The notes below the pieces were generated by a model. That model made no database searches. It was not told the DNA's origin and saw nothing but the letters and a program-made list of their open reading frames with translations. A stretch of DNA of 59,922 nt, the filler included. It is 6 parts of 6 records of this genome, joined end to end, with 100 filler letters (N's around TTAATTAATTAA, not from the genome) between each part and the next. Parts side by side here need not be neighbours in the genome. Positions count along the whole stretch, not along the records: positions 1 to 9,283 come from SRR31156797_33854; 5 more parts are not named here. One strand, written 5' to 3'. The translations under genes and the position numbers were made by a program. Below are positions 1 to 9,383 of this stretch, piece after piece. How positions within the stretch are numbered: the stretch's first letter is position 1; each line of letters starts with the position of its first letter.

Positions 1-7
1 CAATGGC

Positions 8-1456
8 GTGGATGCTTTGGAGATCATCAAACACGAATATGTATCAGCCGCATTGCTGGATGAAATGATGGATGGATTGGACGGTCTGGCTGTACTGATC
101 AAGATCCGTGAACTTCGTCCCGGAATGCCTGCGATCATGATCACCAAGAACGAGGAAGAATCTCTAATGGAAGATGCCATTGGAAAAGAGATCTCCGATT
201 ATCTAACAAAGCCTATCAATCCCTCTCAGGTTTTACTCTCCCTTAAAAAGAACCTTGATTCTGCCGATATCGCCCGCGAGGCCAAGGCAAAGGAATTCAT
301 GTCCTTCTATCAAAAGATCACGATGGAACTTTTTGATGGTATCACATCCATGGGACGCTGGGCATATATTCATGACCGCATTGCCTTTTGGCAGATCGAA
401 TTTTCCAAGAATACCCAATATGACCTTGAGCATTTTTTGAATGAACTGCAGGAATCAGCAAATAAGGAATTCCAGCGCTTGGTCACAGATAATTATATCG
501 ATTGGGTAAAACAGGCACCCGATATTCCCATGTCACCACAGGTGCTTGATAAATATGTAGCTCCTTTGCTGAAACAGAATAAAAAGACACTATTTGTTCT
601 GGTCGACTGCCTTCGCTATGATCATTGGCTGGCGGTTGCGCCGCTTTTTTATAATCAATTCGATGTTGAATTAGATTCGCATTTAAGTATTTTACCGACT
701 GCAACACCCTACAGCAGGAACGCAATTTTTGCCGGGATGTATCCCGATGCCATCAATGTAAAATATCCCGATGTATACGCTCATCCCGATAGCGAAGAAA
801 GCATGAATCGCTATGAAGATAAACTCATCACGGATTATCTAAAAAAAGAAAAACTGCATCTTAAGAATGGACACTCATTTCATAAAGTTTCAGATTCAAA
901 ATTCGGTGATAATCTTGCCAAACGCTTTTCGGATATCAAGAATAATGATCTGATCGTTCTGGTGGCAAACTTTGTTGATATTTTGGCTCACAAACGCTCA
1001 ACCTCCGATCTGCTGATGGAGATCGTGCCCGATGAATCCGGCTATCGAAACGTTGTGCGCAACTGGATGGAAGGATCTTATCTCCGCCGTATTATCGAAT
1101 TGGCGGGTGAGTCCGGTTATGAAATTGTGATCACATCGGATCACGGCAGTATTCGCGTGGGCAAAGGCGCCGTGGTTAAAGCGGACAGAGATTCCACTGA
1201 TAGTGTTCGATATAAAAGCGGTAGAAATTTGGTGGTTTCAAGCAAATCAGCGCTCTATGTCAAAGACACCGCCCGTTATCGTTTACCGCAAACCCAGCTG
1301 ACCGGCACCTATATTTTTGCAAAGGATGATCATTTCTTCCTTTATCCCAATAACATGAAAAAATACGAGAAAGTATATCCGGGGACATTTCAACATGGTG
1401 GTATTTCCATGGACGAAATGATCCTTCCGGTAGCTAAACTAAGTCCAAAACGATGA
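8..1456 (+). CDS. porX: PorX-like response regulator (receiver + PglZ/alkaline-phosphatase-like domain), probably 5'-truncated
   Basis: Receiver motifs LLDEMM, MITK, YLTKP; PglZ-type motifs VDCLRYDHW, PTATPYSRNAIFAG, TSDHG, FQHGGIS; directly upstream of tsaE as in FCB bacteria. Confidence 0.8.
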   Translation: MDALEIIKHEYVSAALLDEMMDGLDGLAVLIKIRELRPGMPAIMITKNEEESLMEDAIGKEISDYLTKPINPSQVLLSLKKNLDSADIAREAKAKEFMSFYQKITMELFDGITSMGRWAYIHDRIAFWQIEFSKNTQYDLEHFLNELQESANKEFQRLVTDNYIDWVKQAPDIPMSPQVLDKYVAPLLKQNKKTLFVLVDCLRYDHWLAVAPLFYNQFDVELDSHLSILPTATPYSRNAIFAGMYPDAINVKYPDVYAHPDSEESMNRYEDKLITDYLKKEKLHLKNGHSFHKVSDSKFGDNLAKRFSDIKNNDLIVLVANFVDILAHKRSTSDLLMEIVPDESGYRNVVRNWMEGSYLRRIIELAGESGYEIVITSDHGSIRVGKGAVVKADRDSTDSVRYKSGRNLVVSSKSALYVKDTARYRLPQTQLTGTYIFAKDDHFFLYPNNMKKYEKVYPGTFQHGGISMDEMILPVAKLSPKR

Positions 1457-1896
1457 ACAAACACATTTACACCGTTAAGACAAATTCACCCCAAGAAACG
1501 GTCGATTTTGGCCGGGTTTTTGCTTCGCAGTTAAAGCCAAACGATCTCATCACCCTTTACGGAGATTTGGCGGCAGGAAAAACGACCTTTACCAAAGGCG
1601 TATGCGAATATTTAAATGCGGATCAACCCGCAACTTCACCGACCTTTACGCTGATCAATGAATACTACGGCGATATGCCGATCTTCCATTTCGATTGCTA
1701 TCGTATCAAACACCCCGATGAGATCATCATGTTGGGTTTTGAGGAATATCTTGAAAAGGACGGTGTTGCTCTAATCGAATGGCCCGAGCAGATCGCAGTA
1801 CATATTCCCGAAGACAGTATAGAATTACATATAAAATATATTGATGAAAAAACCCGGGAGATCGAGATCCGGACTCCCCGGCGCATGGAGATATAA
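1453..1896 (+). CDS. tsaE: tRNA t6A biosynthesis ATPase TsaE
   Basis: GDLAAGKTTF, SPTFTLINEY, HFDCYR, IEWP motifs; ATGA overlap with upstream gene. Confidence 0.95.
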   Translation: MNKHIYTVKTNSPQETVDFGRVFASQLKPNDLITLYGDLAAGKTTFTKGVCEYLNADQPATSPTFTLINEYYGDMPIFHFDCYRIKHPDEIIMLGFEEYLEKDGVALIEWPEQIAVHIPEDSIELHIKYIDEKTREIEIRTPRRMEI

Positions 1897-2544
1897 ATGA
1901 TCCTTTCAATGGAAACATCATCCGTTATTTGCGGTGCATCCCTTCATGAGAACGGTGAATGCATTGCTGAAACATATCTGAAAGAACCGCGGGTGCATGC
2001 GGAAAAGCTGGTCGGCCTGGTAGGAAAAATGTTCGAAGAGCAAAAGATCCGGATCCAAAAGGTGAAAGCGGTCATCGTATCCGCCGGCCCGGGATCATTT
2101 ACCGGTTTGCGCATCGGCATGAGCTTTGCAAAAGGACTTGTGTATCCCCATAATATTCCACTGGCGGGCGTTAACACCATGAAGGCGTTCATGGCGGGAA
2201 CCTTGAAAGATGTAGATCGCGACAAGAATCCCTTATGGATCATCCGTTCACACAAAGATTATATTTATACCGCTGAACATAAGGATCCCATCGATGAGAT
2301 AGAGATCCGCTACGGCCAGATCAAAGATATTGTGGAATGGCATCCACATGCCGGACAGATCGTCTGTAATGATAAGTTAGATGAGGTCACAGATATTCCG
2401 GTTATAGAAAAAGATATTCTGCCGTCCATGATCGGCAATTATTATATTCGCCATATGAATAATTCGGCTGTTACGGATTACGATAGCCTGGTGCTGGAAT
2501 ATGGCATGGACTATAAACCCAAAGAATGGAAACCGGGATCATGA
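1897..2544 (+). CDS. tsaB: tRNA t6A biosynthesis protein TsaB
   Basis: ILSMETS start, HAEKL, GPGSFTGLRIG. Confidence 0.95.
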   Translation: MILSMETSSVICGASLHENGECIAETYLKEPRVHAEKLVGLVGKMFEEQKIRIQKVKAVIVSAGPGSFTGLRIGMSFAKGLVYPHNIPLAGVNTMKAFMAGTLKDVDRDKNPLWIIRSHKDYIYTAEHKDPIDEIEIRYGQIKDIVEWHPHAGQIVCNDKLDEVTDIPVIEKDILPSMIGNYYIRHMNNSAVTDYDSLVLEYGMDYKPKEWKPGS

Positions 2545-2987
2545 TCAAGATCCGGGGGATGAATGCAGATGATGTCCCGGAGGTCATGACGATCGAAAGG
2601 GCAAGCTTTAACGAACCCTGGGCAGAAGCTCATTTCTATTTTGAACTTTACACCAAAACCTCTATTGATTGGGTTGTGGTAGAAGATGATCACGTGATCG
2701 GCTATCTGTGTTTTTGGAGCATAGCAGATGAATTGCATATCAACAATATAGCGGTTCACGAGGATAAACGGCGATTGGGCGTTGCACAGAAACTCTTGGA
2801 TAAATTGACAAGATATGCAAAAAAGAACAAAGCGGTTATGATGACATTGGAAGTGAATGAGCATAACGAAAAAGCTAAGAACTTCTATAAAAAGAACGGA
2901 TTTGAACAGGCCGGCATCAGGCCGAAATATTATCAAAGTGAAGGGGCAGATGCCCTGATCCTGACAAAACAACTGGAGACGAAGTGA
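2541..2987 (+). CDS. rimI: Ribosomal-protein-alanine N-acetyltransferase RimI
   Basis: GNAT motifs ELHINNIAV, RRLGVA, LEV, FYKKNGF, RPKYY, EGADA; ATG 2541 overlaps the tsaB stop (ATGA). Confidence 0.9.
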   Translation: MIKIRGMNADDVPEVMTIERASFNEPWAEAHFYFELYTKTSIDWVVVEDDHVIGYLCFWSIADELHINNIAVHEDKRRLGVAQKLLDKLTRYAKKNKAVMMTLEVNEHNEKAKNFYKKNGFEQAGIRPKYYQSEGADALILTKQLETK

Positions 2988-3748
2988 ACATTCTTTTGGT
3001 AAATGATGACGGTATAAATGCTCCCGGAATTCAAAAACTTTATAAGGCTATAGAAGGTCTTGGCGATATTACAGTGGTGGCGCCCGATGGTGAACGCTCG
3101 GCAGTATCACATGCCCTTACTCTTGACAAACCTTTACCTGTTCGACAAGTTGACACCGGTACATTTACAGGAACAGCTGTCAACGGAACTCCTGCAGATT
3201 GTGTAAAACTGGCTTTTACCGAGGTTATGCCGGCAAAACCCGACCTTGTTCTTTCGGGGATAAATCTGGGTTGCAATACCGGGCTGAATGTGATCTATTC
3301 CGGAACCGTAGGCGGAGCAGCCGAAGCGGTGTTCAACGGTATTCCGGGAGTAGCGTTAAGCCTGGACACTTACACCAACCCCAATTGGGATCCGGTACTT
3401 CCATTTGTAAGGGAGTTAGTTGAAACGGTGATTGAAAAAGGTCTTCCTAAGGATGTGCTGCTGAATGTGAATATCCCGAATGTTGAATATGAGGATGATA
3501 TCAAAGATGTTATGATAACAGAACAAGGCATGGCGCACTGGCAAGAGGATTTCGATAAACGTATCGACCCCAAAGGACGCACCTACTACTGGATGACAGG
3601 CAAAAAGCGTGAAATGAAAGAAGCTGAAACAATTGATGATACTGCGATAAAAAACAACTATATTTCGGTGACGCCGGTACAGTTCGATCTGACGGCATAT
3701 AAAAAACTGGAAGAGATAAAAAAACTGGGACTTAAATATAAAAAGTAA
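2984..3748 (+). CDS. surE: 5'/3'-nucleotidase SurE
   Basis: ILLVNDDGINAPG, GTPADCV, SGINLG-N, YSGTVG. Confidence 0.95.
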   Translation: MNILLVNDDGINAPGIQKLYKAIEGLGDITVVAPDGERSAVSHALTLDKPLPVRQVDTGTFTGTAVNGTPADCVKLAFTEVMPAKPDLVLSGINLGCNTGLNVIYSGTVGGAAEAVFNGIPGVALSLDTYTNPNWDPVLPFVRELVETVIEKGLPKDVLLNVNIPNVEYEDDIKDVMITEQGMAHWQEDFDKRIDPKGRTYYWMTGKKREMKEAETIDDTAIKNNYISVTPVQFDLTAYKKLEEIKKLGLKYKK

Positions 3749-6134
3749 AGTATCTATCTTCAGACATCTTGCCCTTCTTCTGATTTTGGGATTTGGGTTT
3801 GCCCTGGCCGCCGACAGAGCGGAGGTAGACGCGGGTATCCAACAATTTCAGCGCGGCGCTTATGAAAAAGCACTGGAAACTTTCAGATACATATACGATT
3901 CAGAGCCTTTGAACTCAAATGTATTTTCAGCTCTGTCTTTATTCATGATCGTGAAATGCGACTTCGAACTTGGAAACTACGATTATGTGGTGAGTGACAG
4001 TCGACAGTTTGAACGAACATTTTCAGATAGTCGTTATCTTGCTGACGTGATGTTCGAACGCGGGAAAGCTCTGGCAATGAAAGAACAGTATTTTGCTGCC
4101 ATGCTTTCGGCCATTAGAGTTCTTTCGATCTCAGATGATGAAGAATTAAAAGAAGATGTCATGACCTTTACATCAGACGTATCACGCTATTATCTGCAGC
4201 CGGATGATCTTGAAATGCTTTCTTCCCTGGTTGTAGGAGAAGAATCTCTGAAATATTTAAAACTGATCTGGGCCGAAAGAAATATTATTCTTGGGAATTA
4301 TTCTGCTGCCGAGAATCTCTTACATGACGTAAAGTCAGAATTAGACAATACCTATTGTTCAAACAAATATAAAGAACTGAACAAATATCTGACAAAAAGC
4401 AAAAGAAGCGAAGCCCCCGAGATCAATATTGCTGTGGTGTTGCCTTTGACCGGCCGCTATTCCGATACGGGAAATCAATTGCTTGACGGTATCAAATATG
4501 CTTTTGAATCTACACGTAATCAGATCAAAAAACGTGTAAACATAATTATCGTAGATACGGAAAGCAATGTTCGAAGCGGCTTGAGTAATTTGAAAGAGCT
4601 TTTGGATATGCAGAATGTTTCTGCTGTGATCGGCCCGCTTACCAGCGATATGGCAGTTTCCATGGCACCGCTTTGCGAATATGCAGGCGTGCCCTTGATA
4701 GCCCCAACAGCAACCGCAGATGATCTGATCGATATGGGGAATTCGATATTTCAGTTAAATCCCGAACAGCAACAAAGGGCCATGGCGATAGCGGATTATG
4801 CCACCGATCAGTTAGGACACCGACATATTGCTGTTGTAGCACCTACTACGGCATACGGTATTGAAATAACGAATGCTTTTACAGAAACAGTTGAAAAAAA
4901 TGGCGCTCAGGTTGTTTATAATGTTTGGTATAACGGGACTCCTGCAAACATTAACGATAAAATGGCAGAATTGAAAGATGACGCAGAATACCTGCCGCCG
5001 TATTTCAATTATCTTGATGGCTTCAAAGAAGCAAAAGAAGCCGGGTATTTCGAAATTGACACAACAAATTATGAGATCGACAGCTTGGAAGTGGCGGTCC
5101 TTGACAGCATGTTTTTGGACTCGTTAAGCTTTGACAGTCTATTTGTCGATTCGCTATATGCCGTTACTCTGGAAGATACCCTTCCACCTCCGGACACAAC
5201 CTTTATTCTGGAAGAGCTTTGGCCGGATGATCCAACGATCTATGAGGTCTTGCTTTTTGGAAATTGGTTTGATACAACGCGTGTTCCTACAGATACATTG
5301 TTTGCAAGATTAAGATCTCGCGCCAAGAATTGGTTGTCCTCAGAGATCACCATTGAGGAAAAATATAATACTGTTATTACGGACAGCATTTGTATCCTTT
5401 TAGACGAAGATGATACCGACCCCTGGAAAATGGAAATATCATATTTGCTAAAAGAGTTGGATAGCATCCGCATAGATTCAGCCTACCTTGGAGATTATTA
5501 TTTTTCACCGATACTTATCGATACGGTTTTACTTGAACCCTATATTAACTACGAATTGATCGATTCTTTGAAAACCGTATTGGCCGAAATGGATTCAATT
5601 GATGCCCTCTGGTTATTGAATGAAACTGACAGTTTTCTTATTCCTTTTATCTTTCCATATGAAGACTATGGAATTGATGCCGTCTACTTCCCGGTCCCAC
5701 AAAACCACATTCAGTACATTGCACCACAATGGGCAAAACACCGTTTCCCTGCACGTCTTTTAGGAGACGGGAATTGGTATAACACCAGTCTGCTTAAACG
5801 ATACAGGTCCAATATCGACAGCATGATCATTGCCAGTGATTATTATTGGGATTCCAAGGATATCGACCTGAGACGATATTCGAAATATTTTACTCAAAAG
5901 ACCGATAAGCAGGCCAATCGCATAAATATTTATGGCTATGAAAGCATGAAACTGGTCATGGAGATCATTGAGAATGGCGGCAATACATCTTCCGAGATCA
6001 GTAATAAACTGAACACACTCGATGGTCGTTACGGCATAATCAGGCGTATTGAATTTACTCCGGACAAACCACGTAGCAGCTCCGGTGTAAGGCTTATATC
6101 GTATTATAAAGGCAAGTTAAAGCCCATCAATTAA
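3738..6134 (+). CDS. Exported TPR + periplasmic-binding-protein type 1 (LppC/LpoA-like) protein with acidic insertion
   Basis: TPR-like N-terminus; IAVVLPLTGRYS, AVIGPLTS, VPLIAPTAT, YGYESM PBP1 motifs; a complete signal peptide appears only if started at ATA 3738 (track start is TTG 3786). Confidence 0.75.
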   Translation: MKSKVSIFRHLALLLILGFGFALAADRAEVDAGIQQFQRGAYEKALETFRYIYDSEPLNSNVFSALSLFMIVKCDFELGNYDYVVSDSRQFERTFSDSRYLADVMFERGKALAMKEQYFAAMLSAIRVLSISDDEELKEDVMTFTSDVSRYYLQPDDLEMLSSLVVGEESLKYLKLIWAERNIILGNYSAAENLLHDVKSELDNTYCSNKYKELNKYLTKSKRSEAPEINIAVVLPLTGRYSDTGNQLLDGIKYAFESTRNQIKKRVNIIIVDTESNVRSGLSNLKELLDMQNVSAVIGPLTSDMAVSMAPLCEYAGVPLIAPTATADDLIDMGNSIFQLNPEQQQRAMAIADYATDQLGHRHIAVVAPTTAYGIEITNAFTETVEKNGAQVVYNVWYNGTPANINDKMAELKDDAEYLPPYFNYLDGFKEAKEAGYFEIDTTNYEIDSLEVAVLDSMFLDSLSFDSLFVDSLYAVTLEDTLPPPDTTFILEELWPDDPTIYEVLLFGNWFDTTRVPTDTLFARLRSRAKNWLSSEITIEEKYNTVITDSICILLDEDDTDPWKMEISYLLKELDSIRIDSAYLGDYYFSPILIDTVLLEPYINYELIDSLKTVLAEMDSIDALWLLNETDSFLIPFIFPYEDYGIDAVYFPVPQNHIQYIAPQWAKHRFPARLLGDGNWYNTSLLKRYRSNIDSMIIASDYYWDSKDIDLRRYSKYFTQKTDKQANRINIYGYESMKLVMEIIENGGNTSSEISNKLNTLDGRYGIIRRIEFTPDKPRSSSGVRLISYYKGKLKPIN

Positions 6135-6160
6135 CGCTTAATGTTTATGGTTTAACGTTT

Positions 6161-6201
6161 AATAAAGCTCAACCCCTCTACCGTTTCGGGGTTGATTTAT
6201 T
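6161..6201. terminator. Probable bidirectional intrinsic terminator
   Basis: TCAACCCC/GGGGTTGA stem flanked by AATAAA/TTTATT between convergent genes. Confidence 0.55.
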
Positions 6202-6326
6202 ATTGGGGAAGTTTTTCAATTTTGAATATTCAGCAGATAGTTTAAAAGTGACTTATTCATTTTATAATAAAGAACCCTATGTGGATTTAATATTAAACGC
6301 TTAAACTCTAAACCCTTAAACTGTCT

Positions 6327-6713
6327 TCAACATTTCAACGCTTCAACAATAAAGGGTCTATCCCCATCCAACAGATCATAGCTTGAAATATCTTCAGGTT
6401 TGACCCAAGCCATATTTCCGAATTGCAAATTTTGGATCGGGTTGTCAAAAGCGAGGATCTTGAAAAAATGTAAGTGAAAGTGGGCTTCAGCAGTATAGGC
6501 AAAATCATATTCGTGGATCTTTTTGATCTGGTTTACGATGATCCCTAATTCTTCATTCAATTCACGAATGATGGCATCTTCCGGGCTTTCATTCTTCTCT
6601 ACTTTGCCGCCGGGGAATTCCCATTTAAGAGGGAACCGCTTTGAATTATGATGACGTTGACACAACAGAACGTATCCGTCTTGCTCAATAATACCGGCAA
6701 CAACATGTAGCAT
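6327..6713 (-). CDS. mutT: MutT/NudG-like Nudix hydrolase
   Basis: Nudix box WEFPGGKVEKNESPEDAIIRELNEELG; ATG overlaps the plsY stop (TAATG). Confidence 0.85.
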   Translation of the reverse strand: MLHVVAGIIEQDGYVLLCQRHHNSKRFPLKWEFPGGKVEKNESPEDAIIRELNEELGIIVNQIKKIHEYDFAYTAEAHFHLHFFKILAFDNPIQNLQFGNMAWVKPEDISSYDLLDGDRPFIVEALKC

Positions 6714-7336
6714 TAGAAATCCTTTTTGTTCTCTCCGCGAATGATCTTGGCAATATTTTCCCTGTGGGTGAAAACGATAAATAAGGGTAGAGCGATACTG
6801 AACCAAAGCATTTGATTTGAAATATCAACATTGAATGCAAAACGCATGATAATATTCGTAATTGGAAAAGCAAAGGAAGCTGAGATCGAGCCAATGCCTG
6901 ATTGTTTTGTTGTTAGAACAACAATTGCAAATACAGCTAAACAGATCAAACCTATCTCCGGCCTGAAGGCCAGAATAATACCGGCGGTTGTTGCAACGGC
7001 CTTTCCTCCACGGAAATTAATGTAGATGGGATAAGTGTGCCCAAGCAAAACAATAGCGGCCAAAATGACGCGAGCTGTTTCAAATTCCAATCCTTCGGTC
7101 ATAAGCCCGGAAAGCCAGAATGTTACGGCGAATCCTTTGAAGGAATCCAGAAGGAAAGTAGCAACACCCGCCTTCCAGCCCAAATTCCGGATCACATTCG
7201 TGGTGCCCACATTACCACTGCCGTGTTTTCGGATATCATAGTTTTTGCCCGCAAAGATCTTCCCCAAGACCCAGGCTGCCGGGAAAGACCCGATCAGATA
7301 GGCAAGCACCATGATCAAAATGTTAGTTAAATTCAT
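6713..7336 (-). CDS. plsY: Acyl-phosphate glycerol-3-phosphate acyltransferase PlsY
   Basis: YLIGSFP, GSGNVGTTN, GHTYP, FRGGKAVAT, HRENI. Confidence 0.95.
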   Translation of the reverse strand: MNLTNILIMVLAYLIGSFPAAWVLGKIFAGKNYDIRKHGSGNVGTTNVIRNLGWKAGVATFLLDSFKGFAVTFWLSGLMTEGLEFETARVILAAIVLLGHTYPIYINFRGGKAVATTAGIILAFRPEIGLICLAVFAIVVLTTKQSGIGSISASFAFPITNIIMRFAFNVDISNQMLWFSIALPLFIVFTHRENIAKIIRGENKKDF

Positions 7337-7354
7337 GTATGACTCCTGTGTGTG

Positions 7355-9250
7355 TTATTTCTTTATTAATGCGGGAAGCTTGCTAATTCCGGATGGTAAG
7401 GCCAGACGATCAATGATCTTATCAAGTGTAGAGGCCGGTGCCGGTGCATCAGGAATTTGTGCTCCCGAAAAACCGACAAATACGATCGCACCCGGTCCGG
7501 CATATGTGCCGATCACAGGTCCGAATTCCCCATAGTAATATGTCGCGTTCGGGAAATGTGTTTTTAGCAACTTCTCGAATTTCTTTGCTTTATCTATACA
7601 ATTGGCATGAATGATCCCTATTTCATCCGGGACCTTGTCACCAAAGAAATTCTTAAACTTTTTGATCGCAGCTTTCCAGCCACGTTTTCCTCTTGGTACA
7701 ACCCCTTCTTTGTCAGTTCTGCCATCAGGTGTGATCGTGATAAGCGGAGACAAACCAAGAAGTTTTAGCACACCTCCCAGATAGGGCTTTAGTCGACCGC
7801 CTTTCACAGCATACTTTACAGTTTCAAGCATAATGATCATCTTGAATTCGCCATGTAAGGATGTAAGGAAGTTTACGATCTCGTGAACGCTGTTCCCCTG
7901 CTTGATCATTCTGGCAGCTTTGATAGCCATGATCTGTTCACCGATGCTTCCGGATTCAGTATTGAAAACAGTGATCTTTTTTGAATCAACCCTGGCAGCA
8001 GCTTTGGTTGCCGCTTGATAGGTACCGCTAACCTTTTCGCTGACATGCAAAGAAATGACATGCTTATAATGGGTCAGAAGAAATCGGTAAAGATTTTCAA
8101 TATCACGTGGCGTTGGCTGAGAGGTTTTGGGAATGATCTTGCCATTTTCAAGCCGATCGTAAAATGTATTGTTGTCGATCGTAACACCGTCAATGAATTC
8201 TTCTTTGCCGAACGTAATGCGCAATGGTACAACGTTGATGTTGTATTTTTCCGCAATGTCATCCGATATGTCGGAAGCAGAATCAACAACTAAAGCAATC
8301 TCCTGGAGAGGTTGGTTTCGATGCTTGACCTGACGTTTCATGTCATCAACTTTTTTCCGGCGGACAGTTCCATGTTGTCCAAGAATACTGAAAACCGTCT
8401 CAGGGGCATTAGTATGAATATGTAATTTCAGGCGTCTTGTGCTTCCGGCAAGAATGAGTGAATCCCCGAGAGGAAGCAGGGTATCACGCAAATGGTTGCG
8501 ATCAAAATGTTTTCCATCGACAATACATTCAGTGCAAAAACGATATTTAACATTCGGATCGTAAGCAATATCATGAGCACCGGCAATGGGCGCCAAGCGT
8601 TCTTTAAAGACCTCAAAGAGCTGTTTAAGGTTGGGGCTTTCGATGAATTCTTCAATACCTTCAAGCATATTGACAAAACCCAAACCACCTGAATCTACAT
8701 ATTTCATTTTGCCTTCCAGCTTCAGTTTTGCCGGAGATTTATCCAGTTCAACCTTACAAGCCAGTAGAGCATGGCGAAGGATGTATACAAAATCATCATG
8801 CGTTTTTGCAAGTTTTTCCCATTCTTCTCCCCATACCCTGATCACAGAAAGTATGGTGCCTTCTTTGGGCTGCGCCATGGCATCGTAGGAATGCCTGGTT
8901 GCAGATACGGCAGCTTTTGCAAATTCTTGTGTGCTGACGTTTTTTCTTTTCCCAAGCTCAGAAGCCAGTCCGTAAAAAAACTGGGCCAATATCGAACCCG
9001 AGTTTCCTCGCGCACCATCAAGTGCCGTATCGGAAACATGCTGGCTCATTTCAGCCAGAGCAAAGTCCGTATTGTTCCGTAGTGAAGTTACGATGGCATG
9101 AAGTGTTGCTGCCATATTGGTGCCCGTGTCGCCATCGGGGACAGGGAATACATTTATCTTATTGAGATAATCTTCGTTCCGGATAAGGCTTTTTGCCGCC
9201 GCAATGACGGCTAGACGGAATCGTCTTCCGTCGAGTGTTGTTATTTTCAT
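7355..9250 (-). CDS. DAK2 (FakA-like) - DegV (FakB-like) fusion protein
   Basis: NVFPVPDGDTGTNM, GARGNSG, EGTILSV, HIHTN followed by DegV motifs VDSASD, KTSQP, SGTYQAA, GGRL, GTYAGPG. Confidence 0.9.
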   Translation of the reverse strand: MKITTLDGRRFRLAVIAAAKSLIRNEDYLNKINVFPVPDGDTGTNMAATLHAIVTSLRNNTDFALAEMSQHVSDTALDGARGNSGSILAQFFYGLASELGKRKNVSTQEFAKAAVSATRHSYDAMAQPKEGTILSVIRVWGEEWEKLAKTHDDFVYILRHALLACKVELDKSPAKLKLEGKMKYVDSGGLGFVNMLEGIEEFIESPNLKQLFEVFKERLAPIAGAHDIAYDPNVKYRFCTECIVDGKHFDRNHLRDTLLPLGDSLILAGSTRRLKLHIHTNAPETVFSILGQHGTVRRKKVDDMKRQVKHRNQPLQEIALVVDSASDISDDIAEKYNINVVPLRITFGKEEFIDGVTIDNNTFYDRLENGKIIPKTSQPTPRDIENLYRFLLTHYKHVISLHVSEKVSGTYQAATKAAARVDSKKITVFNTESGSIGEQIMAIKAARMIKQGNSVHEIVNFLTSLHGEFKMIIMLETVKYAVKGGRLKPYLGGVLKLLGLSPLITITPDGRTDKEGVVPRGKRGWKAAIKKFKNFFGDKVPDEIGIIHANCIDKAKKFEKLLKTHFPNATYYYGEFGPVIGTYAGPGAIVFVGFSGAQIPDAPAPASTLDKIIDRLALPSGISKLPALIKK

Positions 9251-9283
9251 AAAAAAGGTTCCCGCCTGTAAAAAAATGAAAAT

Positions 9284-9383
9284 NNNNNNNNNNNNNNNNN
9301 NNNNNNNNNNNNNNNNNNNNNNNNNNNTTAATTAATTAANNNNNNNNNNNNNNNNNNNNNNNNNNNNNNNNNNNNNNNNNNNN
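9284..9383. other. Contig-join spacer
   Basis: 100 nt of N with central TTAATTAATTAA. Confidence 0.99.

Noticed and set aside
8-1456. BREX defence system suggested by the PglZ domain
   Set aside because: PglZ is fused to a receiver domain in a housekeeping operon, with no brxC or pglX nearby.
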